From Pavona decussata (lineage: Eukaryota): 64,000 nt of DNA. The stretch spans positions 2,232,001 through 2,296,000 of the forward strand of contig CDRNST010000188.1 of the NCBI GenBank assembly GCA_977016875.1, written 5' to 3'. A program made the translations under genes and the position numbers. Under the pieces are notes generated by a model that saw nothing but the letters and a program-made list of their open reading frames with translations, was not told where the DNA came from and ran no database searches. Positions 40,701 through 52,700 of the stretch are shown here, piece after piece (position 1 is the stretch's first letter; each line of letters begins with the position of its first letter).

Positions 40701-43700
40701 CTGTTGACGTTGGCTTGTTAAACTTCCACTCTGGCCAGTCTTGTTTTGACTTCTTCAGATATTCGGGTCATAAGTCCACCATAGGTCTGCGCTTGCTAAC
40801 TCTTCTACTGTCAGACATTTTGTCCCAGGGTCGGCGGGGTTTACATCCGTAGGAACATAGCCCCACTGATTAGGAGCAGAGAACTCATGAATTTCTCCAA
40901 CATGATGGGCTATGAACGGTCTATACTCTCTACTCTGACCTTGGATCCAGTAACCCACATTCACACTGTCCACCCAATAGGTCACTCCATTTGTTGGTAT
41001 CTTGAGTGGAGAGCAAAGTTTTCTTGTTAATCGTAATCCAATGAGTGCACCCAAAAGTTCAAATCTGGGGATGCTCACTGCTTTCAATGGTGCCAGCCGA
41101 GACTTCGGCATAATCATTCGAGCAGTGACATTTAAATCCTCATACACATGACGTGCGTAAACCATAGCTGTATGTGCGTTCTCTGACGCGTCACTGAATG
41201 TATAAATGCTCAGTTCTTCCATATTAAGACTTCGGTCTTTCAAACACCTTGGGATTTTCACAAGTTCAAGGTCTTCCAAGTCTTGGAACCACTTTGTCCA
41301 TTCTTGCTGATGAGGTGTCGGCAACAGTTCATCCCAATCCCGTGCCTCCAGCCATGCCATTTGTATCAACAACTTGAACCTGATTACATTAAAGGTGATA
41401 AGAATCCTAACGGGTCGTAAACTGCTGCTTTTCGCCTCAAAACATTTCTCTTGGTGAATTCAAATCCATCTAACTGTAACAAGTGTCTAAAGGAAAATTC
41501 TTCCCTTGTGGCGGCCCAGGACACTCAGCTTTATGAATCGACTTTATTTAAACACGGTAAATGGCTCAGCAAGCTGGTTTTCAGACATGCCGTGTGATAA
41601 TTACAAATTACAAATTGACCCCTCAAATTGTAGTCATGAATTTCAGAGGTTCTATGAAACCGCTCCCTAAGGTACGTCGGACAATTACTATTGAATACTT
41701 TAAACATTGTATCTAATAAGTGCCTTTTTCTTCTTTCTTCTGAGTTTGTCCACTCCAAAGAATTTAGTACATCTGATAATCTGATAGAGTAATCAGTCCG
41801 AGTAATAATCCGTGCTGCTCTATTTTGTAACTTTTGCAATTTGTCAGCAAGTGTTTTGGAACAGTCACCCCATACAATATCACAATAGTCAAAGTAGGGC
41901 TGGACAAGTGAATAGTAAATAGTTTTAAGAGTCTCTTGATTATCGGTTAGTTTTCTAGCTAAATACAGCATTCGCAGGCCATTAAAGACTTTGGATGAAA
42001 TATTTTTGATCTGATTATCGCAGGTTAGCATTTCATCAATATGAACCCCCAGTAACTTAGCAGAGGGTTTATGTTCAATAGGTCTATTATCCAACTCTAG
42101 ATTCATGAACTTGGCATTTGCCAAATTATGCCGAGAGCCAATTGTCATATAACTAGTTTTAGAAGTATTGGAACTTAATGTGTTTGTCTAATCCAATTAT
42201 GTGCTGCAATTAAGTCACTATTTATAAAGAAGATTCAATTCCGGATATATCTTTATGAGCTGTAGTTATATATGTATCATCGGTAAACATACCAGGCGTT
42301 GTATGCTGCAGATTAGGGAAAATCGTTTATATAAATTATGAACAACAGTGGTCCAAGTATAGAGCCCTGGCGAATGCCACATGATATATATCGTTCTGTG
42401 GATAAGACCCCATTTACACAACATCTCTGTGTTCTGCCAGTCAAATATGATATATGATTTACGCAGCTGGAGAGCATTGCCATTGACACCATAACAACGC
42501 AGCTTACGTAGTAAGATGTAATGGTCAACAGTGTCGAAGGCTTTCCTTAAGTTGATAAATACACTACCATTAAGTTTACCAGCATCCATGTTGGCAAGCC
42601 AAAGGTTTACTGCACTTATCAAAGCTGTAGAGGTTGAATAATTTGGTCTAAAGGCAGATTGAGACTCAGTTAAAAGATTACCTGCTTGAAAATATTCTAA
42701 CAGCTGAGAGTGCATGACCTTTCCACAATTTTCGATATGGCAGGTAGAATAGAAATCGGTCGGTAGTTGCTTGGAACATTTCTTTCATCCGACTTAATAA
42801 TAGGATGTACTTTTGCCTTTTTCCAATCATCAGGAAATATTCCAGTCTCCATCTCATGATTAATAATATCACATATAGAGTCTGAGATATACGCACTAAA
42901 AAGCTTTAAGAGTCTACTAGCTAGTAATGTTATCTAGCCCACACTGCCTTGCTGAGGGTTTAAGATCGGAAATAAGGTTTAGAATACATCCTACGTTTGT
43001 CGGGCGAAAACAAAAATTTAAATCGGTTCTATTTAAAAAATCCTCTGGTTGAGAAGCAGTATCAGGGATACCAGATGCCAGCTTACTACCTAGCGAACAA
43101 AAGTGATTATTCATTTGTTCAGCTATATCTTGCTTTTGTACAAAATCTTTGCCCTCATAAAGAAGTTCATTTATAATTGTCATTTTAGGCTTGCAACTCA
43201 GGGAAATATGCAAACGAAACGCAAAAGACGAAAACCAACAAAAAACAACGAAAAACTCCGCTATTTACCTTTGTGTCTCTTGAAGTATTTTAAAACAAAA
43301 ATTCAAATCTGGAGGTTGTTGGTTACCCGTGGCGATTGAATGACATTTAGATGTAATAATTGTTGCATTTTGAAAGGAAGAAAAAAGGAAGAAAAAAAAA
43401 ATGAGTGGACCTAAAAATATTCAATTTCCCTAAGTTACTCACAGTGTTCGAAGATGTATTAGTTCCGAGAATACTTGTTCCGGCAGCTCAGCAATCCTGT
43501 TGCCACCAAGATCCCTGTAGAAGAGAAGTGAAAAAAAAATCAAACTGATATGTTATTCTTTTTTACACTTTCCATTAAAATATTAAATTTTTACATCATT
43601 TGGCGATGGTGAAAACACGCTCTAAAACATCAAGGACTTTTCTAAAACTTCATTTATGCCGCGACACCGGCTCTGTTCTTCTTTTCCTGACGATGACACT

Positions 43701-46700
43701 GCACACCAAAAGACCTTATAGACCTCAAAGATAGCGTTTACTTAAATAATCCGATATCCGATACGCTCAGCCTGATAACACGTGCCTCTATTCTCCAATT
43801 CGACGGCGACGCATGAATTAGATTATGCTATAATGTAATCCTGTTTTTTGTTGTTGTTGTTGTTTGGCACAATTTGATAGTTTCAAGGTAAAAAGCAGTC
43901 AAAAGTACAAAAGTAGTCCGAGTACAACAAAAATAGCTCGCTTTGCTGACTTAATCATAGATTCAAAGACTTCACCGAAATGTGGTGCTGCAGTTGGGTT
44001 CCATTGGCAAATCACTCGCAGTTCCCTTTATGCGCTTACAAAGTTCGTTCCATTGTCTCTTAACATTTGCTGCGGTCAGCCTCTCCGCGCAGTCATTCTG
44101 ACTAAAGCGTTAAGAAATGCATCAGTGTTCAAAGACGACGCCATCTCTAAGTGTCAACAATGAGTCTTCAAACAGAGAAACAACACAAATAGCGCTTAGC
44201 TCGCACTCTTCCACGTCCTTTCACAGCTCTCGAAAGGTCTGGGGGATTGCTGCAGTCTAATCTTCGGCATCGGATCCATTTGCTGGTGAGCTGGCTTTGA
44301 CCGAAATCGTTTCGCACACTCAAAACATTCTCTTATGACTCTTTTTACTTGTTCACGAACATGGACCGCTTAGTATTTCTCCCGTACATGATTAATCGTA
44401 TAGTTAAGCCCCATCAGATGACCTTCTAATTATTGGTAGTACTTAACGATCAGTCCTGTGACATGATTCCTCTTAGGAAGTATGATTGGACACTTCACAT
44501 CATATGAGAGATCGTCTGCATGTCGTAGTCTAGTGTTGGACCTCAAAATGCCATTAACTAATACTGGATTAAACGGTGCCAATGCACTTCCGCTTAGGAT
44601 TTAATTGTTCCTTCTCAATGGCTCTATCTCTGCTGCGTACAGTCTTTAGACTGAATATCCCGAATGATAAATTCCCCAGCGTTTTAAAGCAACAAATGGC
44701 TTCAGTTCACTCTTCTCTCCCTGTTCAGCTGGTTTCCTACAATTGCCTGTAAATCGGCGCACCCACGCTGTCACACGAACTAAAGAAAACCCAATTTCCA
44801 GTTCTCCTTTTCTTTTTAACTCGATACCATTTCGAGTATCTTTAGGGTTCCAATCGCCACACCTCTTCGACACCAGCCGTTTCTTCACCTTCTTTATTTA
44901 TTTGGTAACTGATAGCATGGATCTTTTGTCCCTGTTTCTTTTGTTCCTTTAAGTTCAAGGTTCTCTGTTGACGTTGGCTTGTTAAACTTCCACACTGGCC
45001 AGCCTTGTTTTGACTTCTTCAGATATTCGGGTCATAAGTCCACCATAAGTCTGCGCTTGCTAACTCGTCTACTGTCAGACCTTTTGTCCCAGGGTCGGCG
45101 GGGTTTACATCCGTAGAAACATAGCCCCACTGATTAGGAGCAGAGAACTCATGAACTTCTCCAACATGATGGGCTATGAACGGTTTATACTCTCTACTCT
45201 GACCTTGGATCCAGTACCCCACATTCACACTGTCCACCCAATGGGTCACTCCATTTGTTGGTATCTTGAGTGCAAAGAAAACTTGTCTTGTTAATCGTAA
45301 TCCGATGGGTGCACCCAAAAATTCTAATCTGGGGATGCTCACTGCTTTCAATGGTGCCATCCGAGACTTCGAAATAAGCATTCGAGCAGTGATGTTGCCA
45401 TCCTCATACACACGACATGCATAAACTATAGCTGTATGTGCGTTCTCTGACGCGTCACTGAATGTATAAATGCTCAGTTTTTCCACCTTGAGACTTGGGT
45501 CTTTCAAACACATTGGGATTTTTACAAGTTCAAGGTCTTCCAAGTCTTGGAATCACTTTGTCCATTCTTGCTGATGAGGTGTCGGCAACAGTTCATCTCA
45601 ATTCCGTGCCTACAGCCTTGCCATTTGTATCAACAACTTGAACGTGATTACAAAAGGAGATAAAAAGCGTAAAGGGTCGTAAACTGCTGCTTTTTGCCTC
45701 AAAACATTCCTCTTGGTGAATTCAAATCCATCTAGGAGAATTCGCCCCTTGTAGCGGCCCNNNNNNNNNNNNNNNNNNNNNNNNNNNNNNNNNNNNNNNN
45801 NNNNNNNNNNNNNNNNNNNNNNNNNNNNNNNNNNNNNNNNNNNNNNNNNNNNNNNNNNNNNNNNNNNNNNNNNNNNNNNNNNNNNNNNAATCAATCATTT
45901 TTTAAAAAGTCGCGCTCTCTCATTTTCTGCCTCAGTCCAGCTGTTATCCACAGTGAAGATTTACTTTTCACTTTTCTTTTCTCTCATCGGGGCATGTTCG
46001 TTTACAACTTCCAGAAATAGAGATTTCCAGACATCCCACATCTCGTTTGGGTCATCCATAAGAGAAGCAAAGTGGAAAGGTGTCTCTTTAATGTCTTTGA
46101 TGAAGGCATCACAATCAAAATTTTTGTCTAGATTCTATTATTTTTGGGTCAGCTTTCAGTGTATCATCTTTATGAGTAGCATAGATAAGATTGATAAGAT
46201 AAGACTGTCTGGTTATTAGTAAATATGTGATCTCTTAGTGTTCTAGTGCTAGAAGTTATTCTCGTTGGTTGGTCTATTAATTAAATGTATTGGTAAGTTT
46301 CAGTAATGAACTTTAAGTGTTCCGCCTTGTGGGCAAACGTTTGCGACAGGAGATTACAATTTCTATCACCCATAATAGTACTCTCTTTATCTTCTTGGTC
46401 AATTTTTAGTAGGTACGATTAAAATTTGTCAAAAATTTCGACCTTCGAATCTGGAGGTCTATACCAAGTTGTCACCAAGAAAGGCTTGGACAAGAGTAAC
46501 AGATTCTGTCTGTTATCCACAGTGAAGATTTCAACAGAAACTCAACAAGACTGAACAGAAACTTACACGACTACAACGTACTAAAGACAAAAAAAGACAC
46601 AAGACAGACGACAACTGGGTCAGGAATATTTCTTCCCGTCCTCTAGACAAGACTGAAACCTAGGTATTCTCCTACGGACTGAAACACTCAGTGACGCCTA

Positions 46701-49700
46701 AACACATACTGACTGATGATATTGTATCTAGTGTTGAGGCGGTTCTGTCTCGTCAGAGAGAACTATGAGAATCAGTCAAGGATAATAGCAGAAGCAGAAT
46801 TGCTTCTACTATACAATCATCCTCCCTAGCTGACAGTAACTTGACTAAAGACGAACAAAATGGACACTATAGTTAACGACAAACAGACATACGAAGAACT
46901 GAAACGAGACCCGACCCCATCACTTCAACGTAAACTTAACAGTAAACTACTTGACCTTAAGAAAACTGACGTTATTGACATACAAAGTTACAACAGACTG
47001 AGGTGCCGCGTACCGCAACCACCTAAACTCTACGGACTACCAAAACTACACAAAACTAACATACCCATGCGACCCATAGTCTCGTTCTGTGGGTCCCCGA
47101 CTTACGAACTATCCAAATACTTGACTACTATACTGTAACCGTTGACAAACGAATCCCGACACAAACTACAGTCTACCGAGACCTGACGAAGGTATCTCAA
47201 CTGATCTTTGATTTGCAGCCAGTTGGTGGGTTTTATCCCACCACAGATGTTATTAGATGTTTTCGCTACAATGACTTCGTCCACCCGACCATCCACACTC
47301 TCCAAGTCAATCTCCATGGTTGCTCTCATTAAATTGACCTTCTGTCCATTAGCATCATTGAAAATTACTTTCTCCTTCCCAGTTCCCAGTTCCTAGTTCC
47401 CAGTTCCTCTACCACATCCTCATTAACATACGACGTATCAATGCCTTCTTCCAAGAAACAATTAACTTTCAAGCGTCTTTCCCTATGTTTCAGAATGACT
47501 GGAACAGTACGCAAGGCAATACTACTCTGTGAATGTTCTTGTGCTGTTTCATGTGTACTGGACTTGTTTTCCTCTGTCATGGGTGTGTCAGCCTTCCCCT
47601 CCATGGACTCAGGAACTACTTTCTTTCTCGTCATGAAGTAACCGAGAGTGTCTGTCTTTGCATCCGTCAATTCCACACTCTCTGTTCCAAGTACATGAGT
47701 CACCAAGGTGCCCTTTCCCCAAGCAACGGTAACTCAGTCCGACTTTCTTCGCCGTCTCTCACTTCTTTCTATGTTCCATTCCCTCGAACATTTCACATTT
47801 CCAAATTGGGTGTTCTTGGTTGCACACTTTAAAGGGCCGATCACGTTTCTCTTCTGTGGTCCCGAAATAAGACTTAGTTGAGCTCTTTCCTCGTGCACTT
47901 CCAACAGATGCTTGTACCTGGTACCCAGCCTCCTTAGCAACCCAGTGACGCAGTCTTTCAAGAGACTCCGTGCTTCCCTTTTCTTTAATCCATCTGTATA
48001 AATAGCTACGTAGAGCTTGAGGAAGTTTTTCCAGCACAATTGCACACAATGTTCCTCCTTCCAGGGCAGCAAACTTCTTATTTTCCTTTAATGAAACCAC
48101 AGTCCTCTCCACTATGTCGGCAAATCTTTCTACAATCCTGGCCAGAACGTTCGGGACACCTTGCCTATTTTTAATTAAAAACATGAAAATTCATTTCCCC
48201 TCCACCCTCCCCCCCCCCCCCCCCCTCAACAATGTTGAGGGTCAGGAGTCAGACATGGTTCGAAAATCTTGTACATTTTATCAATGTTGAGAGTCAGGAG
48301 TCAGACATAGTTTATCAACTCAACATTGTTTAGGGTGGGGGAAACTTGTAGCAAGTGCCCCGAAACCAATTGGCCAGGATTGTAGCTCTTTTGGATTATC
48401 AGCGTTTATCGGCCTCAAATTACGTAGCTCGTCGATATGGGCTTCAACCTGTCGCCTGTTTCTCCCATACTTTCAACTTTGCCTTGGCCGCTTCGTACGC
48501 ATGATCCGAGTAACGAGGCCCTTTCAACGTTTCGGTCGCCTCTCCTTCTAAACAACTGTCGAGCCAAAATATTTAAACTTAGCTGACAGACTTGTTTCAT
48601 CCACGCAACTGGAAAACGCTGCCCACCAAGACTGATATCCTTTCTTGTTGCCTGAAAACTTTGGGATTCAAATCCGCTCGAGCTGTATGTTTGCATCTAC
48701 CACGTGACCATCTTTGCTATGGGCGCTCTTAAATGTACCGATCTGGCTCGTGTTATTTCCTTCGCTTTCCTTGCTGTTACTTTGCGATAAAAAAAGCCAA
48801 GCTTCCTTTGTCTCTATCATTTAATCCGCTTCGTCACTTGTTGAATCTGCCAGCGATGTATGTTCATTTTCTCCGTACAAGGTTTGAAGCGAATTCAGCA
48901 GCTCCAACAATTCATCTCGTCGCTTGTCGATGTCCTGTAAATTTGCCGTGACATCTTCCTTGTTTGGCATTTTTGCTGATAATTCCGCCGCTAATTTGTT
49001 TAGAAGCTTCGTAATACTTGCTTGATGGTTTTTTTCCCTTCTTTAACTCGATCTTCAATTTTTTTATTCATAAGTCCCCCAGTTTCAGTTCTCAATATAA
49101 TTCCCGCCAAATATTTCCAAGTTTTAACGACTCCCTTACAAATTCCACAATACTGGTTCCGATTACAGTCTAATTATAACACCAATGCGAATATCCGGCA
49201 CAAAGGACTAAAATGTAGATTCTATTCCACGACTGTAAGCTTTATACAATACGAAGCTATCTCGACAAATCTCGACAAGTCTCGAGTCAAGTTCCATAGA
49301 AGAGAGTCAGAGTTTAACCACACTGCATGACATAAAACATGTGATAATTGTCAGGACGTACATGATGTAACGCAACTCGAAATGTTGCTAACACACTGGT
49401 TGAAAATGTTCTCAACGAAGTTCTATTCTCGAACAGAAATAAGGCTCGTCGGTCTAAATCAAAGAAAAAAGAATGAGTGTTTACCGTTCGTCACTACTTA
49501 CAATCCTGCTTAACCAAATCCAAAAAGCGTTGGCACCTTATTCAAAACCAGCCTGGCCTCGCCAAAATATTTAAAAACGAAACGATTGTAGCCTACGTAT
49601 ACAGAAAGGAAAAATCCCTCAAGGACATTCTTGTCTGCGCAAAGCGACTTCCACGAAAACAATAATCATAAAAGAGAAAGAAGCCTTACTTTTACAATAA

Positions 49701-52700
49701 TATGCATATGCACAATGAGATATGGTTGACCCTCCGCCATATCACAAAGCAATAATTACAAATTTGTGTACTTAATTCAGTTGATCTTCCGAGTGCAAGC
49801 GTAGAAGCTTAGGACTTAAGACACTTTAATAAAAATTTTCATTTATAAAGTTTATAGTTTTCGCTGGCTGACTAGTCCCTAGAATATCCTGGTTTCAATT
49901 GACCGTTTATTCCTTTTCTAAGCAAAAATACAGTACATGTACTCCAAAAAAACCCTCTTGATTCCAAAGAAACGACCCAAAACGTTTCTTTCCATCTAAG
50001 TAGGTCATGTGACCCCAAAAACAAACAAAAACAACTTCATGTAAAACGCTTAAAGTATCCTTCACATCATTCTCCCCCTTCTCGATGGGCCAGTAACTCA
50101 TCGAGCCCATAACGTTTATACTTAATGTTTTCGGTGTTCCTTAGTATGATTCAAAGTACTCTCAATGTTTTAAAAGGCTTATAACGTTAGTGCTCTCAGT
50201 GTTCATCTTGTCTCCTGGCTGTTGCGTCCTCTTCGACACATTCTAACGGACAAATCCTGGCGATTGGTCTGATCAAGGCATTACGACTCACTTGCACTTT
50301 CACTGCTCGAAAATGCCTATCCTTTTTAGGGTAAACCTCCTGAACTCTACCCAGGGGCCAATGTCCACGAAGCGTGTCTGGGGCAATCACTAGAACAACA
50401 TCATTGACCTGGATGTCTTTCTGTTCCCTCTGCCACTTTGTCCTACGGTTGAGTGTTGGTAGCCATTCTCGAAGCCAGCGGTGCCAGAAATGCCGCACCA
50501 GCTCTTGTAGACGTCTCCAATACTTTCGTGGGCTAAATTGGCTACTGTCAACTGTTTCTGGAGAAAACTGACCCCCCACTTGTCCGAAAAAGAAGTGATT
50601 AGGGGTGAGTGGTACATCATCTAAGGGGTTTGCTGACTGGTGTGTTAACGGCCTGGAGTTAATAAGAGCTTCTTCACCCGTAAAGGGAGTCGTCAGTTCC
50701 TCGTCTGTAACATCCGCACTCCCCAGTATTGCATATGTTGTTCTTTGGCCGCTTTAATCATTGTCTCATGGACCCCACCAGAATGGGGAACCAGAGGGGG
50801 GTTAAAGTTCCACTTTACTCTTCTATTTGCAACGGAACTCACAATATTGTCTTGGTCCAGTTGTGCAACTAGCTCCCTCAGCTCGCGCTCCGCTCCAACA
50901 AAATTACTCCCGTTGTCAGAAACCATCTCCTTTGGTAGACCTCTTCGATTTGTCATACGGAAGAATGCATTCAAGAAGGAATCTGTGTCCAGCCCGTATG
51001 CCATCTTTAGGTGAACAGCTCGTGACAGCAAACATGTAAATAAGCATAGGTAACGCTTGGTCCTCCTCTTGCCCCTTCCTTGTACGGTCACAAATGGTCC
51101 TGCAAAGTCGACTGCTGTTCGGGCGAACGTTCGCAAGGGCAATTTCAGTCGGATCTTTGGTAGAAGGGCCATTATCTGCTTTGCGGCCTTTGCTTTCCTT
51201 CGTTGACATTCGTAGCATTCTCTTTCCACCTCACGAATCTCTTCTCTTGCCTGCATGATCCAAAATCGGGACGACAGCAATGACAGCGTGTGATTGGTTC
51301 CCGCTAAGTGGTTGCTTCCCTCATTAAAAGATTTCACAATCAACCTCGTCACTGAATTCTTCCTTGGTAGAATGACAGAGAACCTTGCATCAAATGGCAA
51401 ATAGTTAGCATAGCGTAGTCTGCCATCCGATCGAAGTAGGCCATGTTTGTCCAGAACGGACTTCAAACTCAATAGCTTGCTGTTTGATGGAAGAGGCTTC
51501 TGTTTTACCAGTGCCTTGTAATCTTCATGAAATGCTTCCTGTTGTACTTTCTTGATGATTTCGATTTCCTCATCTGCGATTTCCTGGCAACCCAGCTCCC
51601 CGTAACTTCTCTCATTGATATGTATCCTGCAGTTGTTCAAAAATCGCCCAACCCGTGCTCTAACTCTCACTAGTTTTCTCCAACTTGAAAATCTGCTGGG
51701 CTGTAAACGGGAAGGTGTCTCTGGCATCAAAGCCCCGACGCATGTTCAGCCTAAAGGTGTCAGTCGGGCCACAGGCTCACCAGGCTGCCCACAAATGTCC
51801 TTAATTGAATAATGCAGTTCCGCATAGTCTATCCCAATCAACATGTCAACGACTGGTCGAGGACCAAGATCGGGGGAGTTAATGCCTTGTAGATGCTCTT
51901 ATTTTGCAGCTTGCATTTTCCAGTTGACCGGCCGCATGTTTCCAGTTACTCGTGTTGCGATGTATGCTGAAATCCTTACATTAGTCCTGCCATCCACACC
52001 ACGCAGGTCAAACTCCATCGGCATGGTCTGGAAGGAATCCTCTCCACCGTTGAGGACATCAACAGTGATCTTCTGCATGGTTCCCTCCAACCCTAACTCA
52101 GCGGCTACATCACCGTTTATGTAAGTCTTGGTACTAGCATCATCCAACAATGCATTCAAGACCAACCTCCGCCCTCCATCCTTCACAACCACTGGTCCGG
52201 TACGCAAAGCCACACAATGTGCCTGTTCTGGAGGCTTCGAAGTCATCATTGTTGTTGTTAAGAAACTTTCGTTCGAAAACCTGCGCTCCCCTTCCGTGCT
52301 AGGACTGGCTGGAACATTTCTGCTCTGTGAATGTCCCATTTCAGTGACCAATGCTCTTCCCGGCTCCTGATCTGCTATCTCCGGCCCATGGTTCACTCGG
52401 TCATCAGCAAAATCATTTTTTGTTACTAGACCTCCATGCAGCAATTTATTTTGCGTTCTTTGACAGCCATTTATACCACAGGACTTACTCCAGGCACAGC
52501 GGTCGCTGGTGTGATTTTTTCGTAGGCAATAGAAGCAAACTCTCAATTGTTTAGCTGTAAGCCAACGGCTTTGGACATCCATTTTCTTAAACTGTTCACA
52601 ACGCCACAGGGGATGATCTTTCCTGCAAAACTCACAGTCAAGGTTTTTAGCCTTTCCTGGTGCTCTCGTCTGTCCAAAGAAGGTCTGCACTCCTTCTCTG

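Larger units (their letters stand above)
12695..45241. repeat. Head-to-tail tandem triplication, unit ~10.85 kb (12695-23545, 23546-34395, 34396-45241)
   Basis: The same ORF set recurs at offsets of ~10850. Identical junctions (cacccaaaaaaactgcagc) lie at ~23541 and ~34391. Only scattered SNPs and homopolymer-length differences separate the copies. Confidence 0.97.
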
